From Candidatus Heimdallarchaeota archaeon (lineage in GTDB: Archaea; Asgardarchaeota; Heimdallarchaeia; Heimdallarchaeales; Heimdallarchaeaceae): DNA of 64,000 nt. Position 1 is the first letter of the stretch. The number at the start of each line of letters is the position of its first letter. Of the stretch, positions 48,607 to 57,822 are shown in pieces. Made by a program: the position numbers and the translations under genes. Below the pieces are notes generated by a model, which saw only the letters and a list, made by a program, of their open reading frames with translations, was not told the origin of the DNA and did not search any database. Location: contig JAEOSZ010000031.1 in the NCBI GenBank assembly GCA_016840095.1, forward strand, positions 32,001 to 96,000, given 5' to 3'.

Positions 48607-49158
48607 TTATTTGATTTTCTGATGATTATTATTTTCCAATTTACGTTGTTTTCTATTTTCACTCCTTTTCATTCTTTTGTCAAGAAATCTGGGACTGAAA
48701 GTCCACAAATCATTCCAGATGAAGTTATTAACTAAACCTACGAAAAATGCAATACTAGTAACAAGATATTTGTTCCCACCAAGTTTAGTATGAAAACCAA
48801 AAATTATAGCTGTATACATAGCAAAACTAGTAATTCCTATACCTGCAAATTGGAGAAATTGCACAAATGCTGTGGGTTTGTAACCTTTCTCTTGATCTTT
48901 GAATGTCCAAAATTTATGTGAAAGAAAGGTAATTACCATAACAATTGTAATCGACATCAAAGATGATACTAACACCTTGTCTATTTCTAATGACCAGATT
49001 ATGAAAAGTGGGTCATAACTGAAGAATCTATTGAACATCATTAGAAATAAGAAAATTAGAAGCTCATTTATTCCCCAACCAATAAGACCTATTATTACAA
49101 ATTTTGCAAATCTTTTTCCTCTGTTAGTTGAGAAAAAGTTTTGTTTCTCCTCTGTCAA
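48607..49158 (-). CDS. GtrA-like membrane protein
   Basis: KF..IG, F..HKFWTF, QFLQF, NFIWN..WTF. Confidence 0.85.
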   Translation of the reverse strand: MTEEKQNFFSTNRGKRFAKFVIIGLIGWGINELLIFLFLMMFNRFFSYDPLFIIWSLEIDKVLVSSLMSITIVMVITFLSHKFWTFKDQEKGYKPTAFVQFLQFAGIGITSFAMYTAIIFGFHTKLGGNKYLVTSIAFFVGLVNNFIWNDLWTFSPRFLDKRMKRSENRKQRKLENNNHQKIK

Positions 49159-49199
49159 TATATCAACCAGCTATGAAATAGAAATAAAGAAAAGAAAAG

Positions 49200-50444
49200 T
49201 TAGAAGATTTTTAATTCTCTTCCTAAGTCTTCGAATTTCATTAGAGCAAAATCAAGATCTTCTTTTGTCAAACCAGCATTCATCATGACACGAATTCTAG
49301 CAGTTCCTCTAGGAACCATTGGGAAGACTATTGGTAATGCAAAAATTCCTTCTTCCATGAGTCTATCGCTTAAATTCTTAGCAACATCATTTTCTCCACA
49401 AATGATAGGAACAATTGCTGTTGGACATTTTGCAGAAGCAGCTGTTATCTCATGTCCATACCCCATATCAACTATTTTACTCTTGAAGTAATCACAGTTA
49501 TCTAGAAGTTTTTCTACAACTGGTTCGTGGAATGGTGATTTAGGATCTAATACTTCTAAGGAACCAAGTGCTGCACCAGCAACTGCTGGAGGTTGTGATC
49601 CACTCAAAAGATAGGATCTTCCAGTATTTCTAAGATAATTGACTAAATCTTGAGAACCTACTATTGCACCACCGACTACACCCATAGCTTTAGAGTAAGT
49701 ATTCATCTCAACTTGGACTTTACCTTGTAATCCGAAGTGATCAACGATACCTTTACCTTTCTTATTACGACCTAAAACACCGTCACCATGAGCATCGTCT
49801 ACAAAAATCATTGCACCGTATTCTTCAGCTAGCTTTTGTATGTCGTCTAGAGGAGACATATCTCCATCCATAGAGAAAACACCATCAGTAATAACTAAAA
49901 TTCTCTTTTCTCCATTTGGATCTGCAGCATCAGCTTCTTTCAATCTCTCTTCTAAACTACCCATATCACAGTGATCATAAATAGTTCGAACAGTTTTTGT
50001 CAAACGAACTCCATCAATAATTGAACCATGATTTAGTTGATCAGAAATAATGAAATCATCTCTTCTAACCAATGTTGGTATTGCTCCTTCATTTGCAATA
50101 AAACCTGACATCCATACAATTGATGCTTCTTGTTCTTTAAATTCTGCATGCTTTCTCTCCCATTCTTCATGAATGGCCATATTTCCAGCTATAGCTCTCA
50201 CTGAACCAGAACCTGCACCGAATTTTTCTGTAGCTTCTATTGCTTTCTTTTTGAGATGAGGATGATTGCTCAAATTCAGATAGTTGTTTGAACAAAGCAT
50301 TAGTAAATCTTTACCATCTACTTTTACTTTTGTCTCAGAAGGAGTTTCAAGTGACCTGTGCACCCATTCTCTACCTTCAGCTTGTATTTTTTGATATTCT
50401 TCTTTCAGAAATTTTGTTGGGTCTCTTTTTACCATATTCGACAC
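49200..50444 (-). CDS. Alpha-oxoamine synthase (glycine C-acetyltransferase Kbl/BioF family)
   Basis: CSNNYL, NHGSIIDG, DGVFSMDGD, DDAHG, TYSKA (PLP Lys), FPMVPRG.ARIR. Confidence 0.92.
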   Translation of the reverse strand: MSNMVKRDPTKFLKEEYQKIQAEGREWVHRSLETPSETKVKVDGKDLLMLCSNNYLNLSNHPHLKKKAIEATEKFGAGSGSVRAIAGNMAIHEEWERKHAEFKEQEASIVWMSGFIANEGAIPTLVRRDDFIISDQLNHGSIIDGVRLTKTVRTIYDHCDMGSLEERLKEADAADPNGEKRILVITDGVFSMDGDMSPLDDIQKLAEEYGAMIFVDDAHGDGVLGRNKKGKGIVDHFGLQGKVQVEMNTYSKAMGVVGGAIVGSQDLVNYLRNTGRSYLLSGSQPPAVAGAALGSLEVLDPKSPFHEPVVEKLLDNCDYFKSKIVDMGYGHEITAASAKCPTAIVPIICGENDVAKNLSDRLMEEGIFALPIVFPMVPRGTARIRVMMNAGLTKEDLDFALMKFEDLGRELKIF

Positions 50445-50599
50445 CTATCATTCTCTAAAGTCTTATCAAACCATCCTTTTTTATATTTTATCCTTGATAG
50501 TTAAAACTAAATTATTATTTCTTCGGTTTTTTTAAGGGAAAAAGCTGTTTCGGAAAATCTTTTTATATTTATCTTATTAATTCATTCTCAAGTCATAAT

Positions 50600-52099
50600 G
50601 TGTTGAGAACTATGGTTTCTGTAAAGTATGATAAAGTGAGTATTGCTTATGATGATTTTATTGCTATAGATAATGTAACACTAAACATTCCTGATGGAGA
50701 AATAACCACATTGTTAGGACCATCAGGATGTGGAAAATCTACTCTTCTAAGAGCACTTGCAGGTTTTGTTGAACCTTTTGAAGGACAAATATTTCTAGGA
50801 GACAGAGAAGTAACTCATCTTCCTCCACAAAAAAGAAATACTGCAATGATTTTCCAGAATTACGCCCTCTGGCCTCATTTAACAATATTCAAAAATGTTG
50901 AATATGGACTCAAGTTAAGACTGAAACAGAAAATTGTCTATATCGCTGATATCTCGCAAAAGGAAGTTATTGAAGGACTTACCCATAACAAATACGGATC
51001 TTCAGATGAATTAGCTAAAAATGCAGAAGAATTTAAAGATTTCATGATCGGGAAAAACGTAAAGGATGTTTGGAGTTATACTCTAGAAGATGTACTTCCG
51101 GCTTTCAAAATTCCTAATAATAAGAATGCTAAATTTCTGCTAGGCGCACTGCAGAAAACTATCAGAGCTTACTATGAATTAGTCATTAAGGAACTTCCAG
51201 AATGGATTCCTCCAAGGAAAACCAGCTTTGAAAAAACAAAGATAAGAAAGAATCCTGTTCTCTATTTCTTCTGGTTAACAAAACCTTACTACTGGGTAAA
51301 TAGAAAAGTAAAATATATAGATGCTAAGGCAAGGATTGATCCTGCATTTAGTTTTAGAAAACAAAAAGTAGAAGAAGTTCTCGATATAGTTCATCTTGCT
51401 GATCAAGCAGAAAAGCATCCTACAGAACTCTCTGGAGGTCAACAACAACGTATTGCTTTGGCAAGAAGTATAGTAGTTGAACCTGATATCCTTCTGTGTG
51501 ATGAACCATTGAGTAATCTAGATGCTAAGCTTAGAAAAGAGTTGAGAACTGAAATTCGCTCTATCATTAAGAAGATTGGAATTACCTCAGTTTATGTAAC
51601 ACACGATCAAGCAGAAGCTCTTGCCATAAGTGATAGAATAGCAGTGATGAACATTGGATTTATTGAACAATATGGTACTCCCTTAGAGGTTTTCACAGAC
51701 CCGAGAACATTGTTTGTTGCACAGTTTATTGGAAGTTCAAGTACTATTTCAGGAAAAGTAGTCAAACCAAATGCTGTTGAACTTCCAGGAGGAGAGATAG
51801 TTAGTATAGCAACAAAGGAGAATCTTGCAGTAGATACTGAAGTTGATCTTGTTATCAGACCAGAAAATATTCTAGTCGCTGATAAGTCAGATTCTAGTGT
51901 TGAGATTGAGATAAATACAATAGAATATCTTGGAACCGAATTAAATATGACCGGTTTATTGAAAGATGGTTCAATACTTTTAGTAGATCTAGTTGAAGAA
52001 GCTGAGAAGTATGCTAAGATGGAAGTAGGAGAAAAAATCAACGTTAATTTAGTTCCTACAGAAATCTTCGTTTTTGTTGATAAAAAGAGAGTATACTAA
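50600..52099 (+). CDS. MalK/PotA-type ABC ATPase with ~140-aa insertion and C-terminal TOBE domain
   Basis: GPSGCGKS, FQNYALWPH, LSGGQQQR, DEPLSNLD, VTHDQ.EA, IRPE. Confidence 0.9.
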   Translation: MLRTMVSVKYDKVSIAYDDFIAIDNVTLNIPDGEITTLLGPSGCGKSTLLRALAGFVEPFEGQIFLGDREVTHLPPQKRNTAMIFQNYALWPHLTIFKNVEYGLKLRLKQKIVYIADISQKEVIEGLTHNKYGSSDELAKNAEEFKDFMIGKNVKDVWSYTLEDVLPAFKIPNNKNAKFLLGALQKTIRAYYELVIKELPEWIPPRKTSFEKTKIRKNPVLYFFWLTKPYYWVNRKVKYIDAKARIDPAFSFRKQKVEEVLDIVHLADQAEKHPTELSGGQQQRIALARSIVVEPDILLCDEPLSNLDAKLRKELRTEIRSIIKKIGITSVYVTHDQAEALAISDRIAVMNIGFIEQYGTPLEVFTDPRTLFVAQFIGSSSTISGKVVKPNAVELPGGEIVSIATKENLAVDTEVDLVIRPENILVADKSDSSVEIEINTIEYLGTELNMTGLLKDGSILLVDLVEEAEKYAKMEVGEKINVNLVPTEIFVFVDKKRVY

Positions 52100-52165
52100 T
52101 ACTCATTTTTCTTTTATTTTTGTAAAATCTTTATATATGTCTAATTTACGTTTTAATCGATTACT

Positions 52166-52846
52166 ATGTTTGAATATGAAGGAATCAAAATTCATTGGTT
52201 AGGACACGATGCTTTTTTGATAGTAGCTAAAGGAAAACACATCTACCTTGATCCATATAAGTTAGGTAAATCTGGGTTGCCAAAAGCTGATATTATTATA
52301 AGTAGTCATGAACACTTTGACCATTGTAATCCTGAGGCAATCAATCTAGTTTCTTCAAATGATACTATGTTGATTGGACCATCGGTTGTTCAGGATATAT
52401 TTGAAGAGAAAATCGATTCAAAGAAAGGAATGAAAGTATTAAATCCAGGAGATTCTATAGACTTAGAAGGATTTAAAATCTCTGCAATTGCTGCTTATAA
52501 TATTCATAGATTCAGAGATCCTGAAACAAAAACACCATTCCATCCTAAAGAATCAGGACATATAGGTCCAATAGTAGATATTGATGGTGTCACAATATAT
52601 CATGCTGGTGATGCAGATAAAATTCCAGAGATGGATGGTCTGAATCCAACTATAGCTCTAATACCTATTTCTGGAACCTATGTGATGGATGTTGATGAAG
52701 CTGTTGAAGCTGCAAAAGCAATAAACGCTAAAATTACCATTCCAATGCATGTAGGTAGAGGAATAGGAAAATTAGAATTCATTGAAGAATTTAAAAACAA
52801 ACTTCCAGATTATGAAATAGTAACTATGGAATTAGAAGAAGATTAG
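52166..52846 (+). CDS. Metallo-beta-lactamase-fold hydrolase
   Basis: WLGH, DP, SHEHFDH, YHAGD, PMH. Confidence 0.9.
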   Translation: MFEYEGIKIHWLGHDAFLIVAKGKHIYLDPYKLGKSGLPKADIIISSHEHFDHCNPEAINLVSSNDTMLIGPSVVQDIFEEKIDSKKGMKVLNPGDSIDLEGFKISAIAAYNIHRFRDPETKTPFHPKESGHIGPIVDIDGVTIYHAGDADKIPEMDGLNPTIALIPISGTYVMDVDEAVEAAKAINAKITIPMHVGRGIGKLEFIEEFKNKLPDYEIVTMELEED

Positions 52847-52853
52847 AATATAT

Positions 52854-53984
52854 CTAATTCTTTTTCTCCTCTTTTTTCTCATATTCCCAAGGCAAAACTA
52901 GTGGAATAGTATTATCTACTATGAAAACTCCAATTTCTTGATTAGGATAACATCTAATATCATCCCACATCCCCAAAATTGTTCCATATCCTGGAGCGAG
53001 TATTGTTTCTTTAACTTTACCAAAAATATCTCTAACTTCAAAAATAGGTGTATCTTTTTCAACAACTTTACCTGCTTTGATAAGAGGAACAAAGAAACCA
53101 GAATGGGTGGTTCTTATTGTAACTTCTCTCCACATTTTCTCATCTAATACTGGGAAGCTAGTAACTTTTTCTATTTCTCCTTCAAGATTTCCAGCATGTT
53201 TTAATGCATTGAAAACTCCGATTTTTGCACTACTCACAATATCAGTCTCAACATATCCAGAAGCTCCTAACTCAACAGTGAAACCTGGTTTTCTATATTT
53301 ATTCACAAAGCTTCCTGTTGTTGATCTCTGAAGATTATTCTTAAAATAGTACTTTGGAGGTCCTTCTAAAACAAGCGTGAAACCAAAAGCTTCTACAAAT
53401 TCTTTTGTTTTATCAAAGAGCTTTTGCGATTCTTCTTTCTGACCTTCAATTTTTTCATCATAATATACTCTATCTAAGTAAGAGAAAGGCAAAGAACGTA
53501 TCGCATGACAATGCAGATCTATATAGAAATCTACTTTATCAAAAATTTCTGCAAATTTAGTGTAAAAGATTTCTTGAACATTTGGATAATTCTCAGAATC
53601 AAGATTTGCATCAAATGGATCTTCATATTTGAGTTCTGGTTTCTTCTTAGGTTTTGGATCTGGCCAAAGTCTATTTGGGTCTTTGCTAATATAGAGTGGT
53701 GTTCTGGTCATCACTAAAAGACCAGCTGGATTCAAAGAAGGGATTATTATAATAGTGCCTTTAACTTTGGATGGATTAATTTCTTGAATTAGTTCTTGAA
53801 GAGTAACTAAACCATGAAGCTCATCTCCATGGATATTTCCTGATAATAGGAATGTTGGACCTTCTTCAATACCCTCAATCAAGCAAATTGGTAATCTCTC
53901 TTTGGTTCCATGTGGGTATTCTAACATGTCAATATAACCAAATATTTTCTCGCCTTTTTTGCTCTGTATATCAAAAACTTGCAT
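52854..53984 (-). CDS. Succinylglutamate desuccinylase/aspartoacylase (M14) family protein
   Basis: HGDE, DPNR.WP, DLH, TVELG. Confidence 0.88.
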   Translation of the reverse strand: MQVFDIQSKKGEKIFGYIDMLEYPHGTKERLPICLIEGIEEGPTFLLSGNIHGDELHGLVTLQELIQEINPSKVKGTIIIIPSLNPAGLLVMTRTPLYISKDPNRLWPDPKPKKKPELKYEDPFDANLDSENYPNVQEIFYTKFAEIFDKVDFYIDLHCHAIRSLPFSYLDRVYYDEKIEGQKEESQKLFDKTKEFVEAFGFTLVLEGPPKYYFKNNLQRSTTGSFVNKYRKPGFTVELGASGYVETDIVSSAKIGVFNALKHAGNLEGEIEKVTSFPVLDEKMWREVTIRTTHSGFFVPLIKAGKVVEKDTPIFEVRDIFGKVKETILAPGYGTILGMWDDIRCYPNQEIGVFIVDNTIPLVLPWEYEKKEEKKN

Positions 53985-54036
53985 AATAACTCAATTTCAA
54001 AGAAACGAATAACTATATAGATTTTTCTAAAAAAAT

Positions 54037-55335
54037 CTATTCAAATTCTTTCATTATTTGAAAAGTAATTACATCTTCAATCCAGGGGAGTTTTGCAATA
54101 GATTTCTCCACTAAGCTGAATGCTTTTCCAATACTTCTCATTTTAACATTGATTAGAAGGTCATAGGTTCCTGTGATGAAAGATACACTTTCAATTCCTT
54201 TCATCTTGGACAATTCTTCTACATCTATTGCAAATCCTTGCTTAGCTTTTGCTAAGAATATACTTTTGGTTTCAGATACTGCTAAAGCAATAACTCCAAT
54301 CAATATAAGAACTGATCCTGAAAGTTTTAGAACTATATCAAGAATTACATTTTCTCCTCCGAAACCAAAGATATCTGATAACCATATACTTGCTATTCCT
54401 ATTATCGGAAATGTTGTAACTACACTTACACTGTTCAAAGCTTTAACTATTGACATCTTACCCATTGTTAAAGCTCTGGAATAGAAGACTATAGATAAGA
54501 ATGCTAACAGCATAGATACAATAACTGGAAAGAGAGCTGCTTGCCAGGAATTACTGACTTCTATAAAACCACCTTTGGTGAGAGCTGGTATTGCTGCAAT
54601 TGTTTGACCAAAAGTAATAATCAACATTGTCCATATTCTAAGATTTATTGAATCATACAATTTACCATGTTTATCTTTTGTTGTTAGTGCTTTCTTTTGA
54701 AAGAAAATATAGAAAGCAGTAAAAATGGAAAAAGGTCCCATGATTAATAGCACATCAATAAGGAAATCTGTAAAAGAACCATCTCCCCCTACTCCTGAAA
54801 TTGAAGCAATTATCACTCCAAAGGCTATCATTGCAATTGATTGAATTTCTACAATCACTGGTTTTTCTCTTTCAGAGATTGCATCTCCGATTAGCAGATA
54901 AATAAGTACGAATTGACTAAAAGGCATTATAACAGATGAACCTTTTCTATTCATTAAATAAAAGTACAAAATTGTTGATCCTGTAGCAAACAAACCTGCA
55001 AAGAGTGTGTATATTGCTATTTTTCCTGTAGGAAGTCTTAGTTTTTGGAAATTTCCATCCAATTTATAACCTAAATTGAACTTCTTACCTAGTTTCGTCT
55101 CTCCTTTTCCTGGGATATGAAGTAACAGAACAAGTAGAAAAGTAACAATGAAACCAACAATCATCTCAAAAGCTCCGAAAATGAATGGGTCTGTAATTAG
55201 TTTGAAATTTACGTAATCATCTAATACAACATAGATACTAGTGATTATTCCACTTGCTAATGCTAGCATATAGAACGTACTTTTCCTTCGAAACCTACTT
55301 ACAGGTCTGTTTTCTGGAGTTGGCATATAATTCAC
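54037..55335 (-). CDS. DMT/EamA-like membrane protein fused to a C-terminal Lrp/AsnC (RAM) ligand-binding domain
   Basis: About 10 TM in two repeats; C-terminal GIESV.FITGTYDLL...I.KLPWIEDVIT. Confidence 0.75.
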   Translation of the reverse strand: MNYMPTPENRPVSRFRRKSTFYMLALASGIITSIYVVLDDYVNFKLITDPFIFGAFEMIVGFIVTFLLVLLLHIPGKGETKLGKKFNLGYKLDGNFQKLRLPTGKIAIYTLFAGLFATGSTILYFYLMNRKGSSVIMPFSQFVLIYLLIGDAISEREKPVIVEIQSIAMIAFGVIIASISGVGGDGSFTDFLIDVLLIMGPFSIFTAFYIFFQKKALTTKDKHGKLYDSINLRIWTMLIITFGQTIAAIPALTKGGFIEVSNSWQAALFPVIVSMLLAFLSIVFYSRALTMGKMSIVKALNSVSVVTTFPIIGIASIWLSDIFGFGGENVILDIVLKLSGSVLILIGVIALAVSETKSIFLAKAKQGFAIDVEELSKMKGIESVSFITGTYDLLINVKMRSIGKAFSLVEKSIAKLPWIEDVITFQIMKEFE

Positions 55336-55580
55336 TCTTTTAGTACTTCTTTTTCAATTACAGCTGTTTGAGTTTCTGTGATTCCCTCAATCATATGAAC
55401 TTGTTCTGTGGTTACAGTGAAAAGTTCTTCTAAATCCTCAACAATAATTTTTGTTACAATATCATATTCTCCTGTTACAACTGCAACATTTACGATATTA
55501 GGAATTTTTCTTAAAGCATTGATTACATCTTGTGTTTTTCCTAAATCTACTGTAAAGAAAATGTATGCTGATATGGTCAT
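55332..55580 (-). CDS. Stand-alone Lrp/AsnC ligand-binding (RAM) domain protein
   Basis: AYI...V..G....V...L..IP......VTGEYDI.....GI.ET.T; no HTH. Confidence 0.9.
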   Translation of the reverse strand: MTISAYIFFTVDLGKTQDVINALRKIPNIVNVAVVTGEYDIVTKIIVEDLEELFTVTTEQVHMIEGITETQTAVIEKEVLKE

Positions 55581-55712
55581 AAGCTTTCAAATTCTAAGGG
55601 GGAAATAAAATTTTCCACATAAGTGAAATCTACTCAGAAGAAATAGTTATCAATAAGCAAATTTTTTTTAAGGATAAGGACAGATACAACTTAACATCGT
55701 TGTGAATCAAAA

Positions 55713-56639
55713 ATGCGTTTTACTGGTCTAAATCCCGAAGATAAACTCATGGAAAAAATCCAACAATCTTACGATGAGGAAGATGAGGATATCGATGAGA
55801 TACTAGGTCAGAAGAGTTTCACAGAGTCTGATGTTAAAGAACTTCAGGAAAGAAATAGAATTCTTCTTGAAGCACTGAGGAAAGTTAAGCTTCTTGTTGA
55901 GCGACTCTTAGTTCAAAATAGAGATCTTAAGAAAAGAGTTGAAGGTTTAGAGATCGAATTCAAAGAACAGAACAAAAAAGGAGTAAAACTGGTTTCTGCA
56001 GCAAGATATAATGAGATGCAGAATAATGCAACAGAACTTGCAAGAAGTTTGCCCAAATTGATTAAACTAATTAAGCTTCTAAATCAAGAAAACAAACTTG
56101 TAAAAGACAAGTATGCTGCTCTTGAGAATGAATTCGAAGATTTAATTGATGAGAGAGATGATTTGAAAGATAAAATCATTCTGCTTAACGAAGCCAATCA
56201 AGAACAGGTTTTAACTGAATTAACCGAACTTTTCCCAACAGAAGCGCTTGCTGCGAAAGCTGCCAAAGCAATGACTGCGTCACAAAAACGGAAAGCAGTC
56301 ATTGAAAATGGAACTATTGGTCCAGAATCAAAAACTATAGCTGAAGCAACTAGTGAATCAGTTGTGAGTTTTGAAGACCAAGCTAAGACTGATCTTGAAT
56401 CAGTATCTGGTTTCAGTAATGAACAGATTTCCAAATTAGTAAACCTTGTAATGGAGATTAATGATAAGATTGAGAATCTAAGCGGAACCATGGTGGTTTC
56501 TGCTCCAGTAAGAAGGAGAGGAAAAGTTGATCTTGATTTGAGTGATGCTATAACAGAAGGGGAGATTGAAAAACCTGATGAACCTCCAGATAGACCTGAT
56601 TTGGAAGAAGTTCTTGATGATATCTTAATTTCAGGCTAA
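55713..56639 (+). CDS. Coiled-coil protein of unknown function
   Basis: Long heptad-repeat region followed by acidic/Pro-rich tail. Confidence 0.75.
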   Translation: MRFTGLNPEDKLMEKIQQSYDEEDEDIDEILGQKSFTESDVKELQERNRILLEALRKVKLLVERLLVQNRDLKKRVEGLEIEFKEQNKKGVKLVSAARYNEMQNNATELARSLPKLIKLIKLLNQENKLVKDKYAALENEFEDLIDERDDLKDKIILLNEANQEQVLTELTELFPTEALAAKAAKAMTASQKRKAVIENGTIGPESKTIAEATSESVVSFEDQAKTDLESVSGFSNEQISKLVNLVMEINDKIENLSGTMVVSAPVRRRGKVDLDLSDAITEGEIEKPDEPPDRPDLEEVLDDILISG

Positions 56640-56665
56640 TTTATCAAGTATGTTTTGGTGTTTAA

Positions 56666-57112
56666 ATGTCTAACGAAGAGAGCTTTGAATATGAAATTTC
56701 TATGATTAGAAAGGACAAGTATAAATTTGAAATTGATTTTGGAAATGAAACAATTCCAAATCTTCTTACAGATGAATCAAAAGCAGTTCCTGGTGGAGAA
56801 GGTCTTGGACCAACACCTTCAATGCTTCTTGCAACTGCAGTAGGAAATTGCTTATCAGCATCCCTAACTTTCTGCATTACAAAAATGAAGCTAGAAGTAG
56901 TAAATTTGAAGACACTAGTTAAATTTACCCGAAAAAGAAATGAAGAAGGCTTCTGGAGAATCTCTCAAATTAGTGTTAATTTAGAACCTGAAGTTGAAGA
57001 TAAAGATTCTTCCCAATATCTCAAATGCATCGATATTTTCAAGAAATACTGCATAGTTAGTGGAAGTGTAGAAGAAGGTATACCGGTTAATGTAACTATT
57101 GACGGAAACTAG
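56666..57112 (+). CDS. OsmC/Ohr-like protein
   Basis: DE....GG...GPTP..LL..AVG.C and second Cys in KYCIVS. Confidence 0.88.
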   Translation: MSNEESFEYEISMIRKDKYKFEIDFGNETIPNLLTDESKAVPGGEGLGPTPSMLLATAVGNCLSASLTFCITKMKLEVVNLKTLVKFTRKRNEEGFWRISQISVNLEPEVEDKDSSQYLKCIDIFKKYCIVSGSVEEGIPVNVTIDGN

Positions 57113-57178
57113 AGCGAGTTTTTGCAATAAGACGATATACTTATATCAAGATCAAACATCCTTTTAGGAGAGATTAGA

Positions 57179-57625
57179 ATGAGTAAGAATGATATTTTTG
57201 AATATGAAATTAGTATGAGCAGAAAAGACAATTACAAGTTTGAAGTTGATTTTGGAAAAGATTCAATTCATCCTCTCATAGTAGATGAGCCAGAACAAAT
57301 TCCTGGTGGTGAAAATGCAGGACCTATGCCTTCAATGTTAGTTGCTACAGCTGTAGGACACTGTTTATCTGGTTCACTAATTTTATGTTTATCTAAAATG
57401 AAAACAGAAATTGCTAACATAAAGACAAAAGTTAAGGTTACTAGAACGTGTAATGATGAAGGAGTCTGGAGAATCTCGCAACTAACAATTAATATTGAAC
57501 CTGAAATTGAAAATAAGAACTCTATAGAATATCTAAAATGCTTAGACGCTTTCAAAAGCTATGCTGATACTGCTAATAGTGTAGAAGCTGGAATCCCATT
57601 AAAAATAACAGTTGATGGAAAATAG
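57179..57625 (+). CDS. OsmC/Ohr-like protein, tandem paralog lacking the second conserved Cys
   Basis: Colinear with the upstream gene; SYADTA replaces KYCIVS; AGGAG ribosome-binding site. Confidence 0.85.
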   Translation: MSKNDIFEYEISMSRKDNYKFEVDFGKDSIHPLIVDEPEQIPGGENAGPMPSMLVATAVGHCLSGSLILCLSKMKTEIANIKTKVKVTRTCNDEGVWRISQLTINIEPEIENKNSIEYLKCLDAFKSYADTANSVEAGIPLKITVDGK

Positions 57626-57797
57626 AGAGAGTTTCAGCTCCCCGTTTTTCTTGCATTACTCTCGTTCAATGTAGTGCATGAACATCATTAACTCTCAAAT
57701 GTATATTTTGGTAGCATCTAATATTATTTTTGTTCAATCAGTCGATTTTTCATATCTATAAATTTCTTGTTTAGGCAAAAACTTTATATTGAATCTT

Positions 57798-57819
57798 ATA
57801 ATACGCAAATAATACGGGT
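57798..57819 (+). promoter_or_regulatory. Direct repeat ATAATACG x2 (11-bp period) between TATA-like box and start codon; putative operator
   Basis: ttataatacgcaaataatacgggtaagGTG; TTTATA element at ~57783. Confidence 0.4.
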
Positions 57820-57822
57820 AAG

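Noticed and set aside
50930-51355. ATPase insertion as an intein
   Set aside because: No C-terminal His-Asn followed by Cys/Ser/Thr, and no LAGLIDADG motifs
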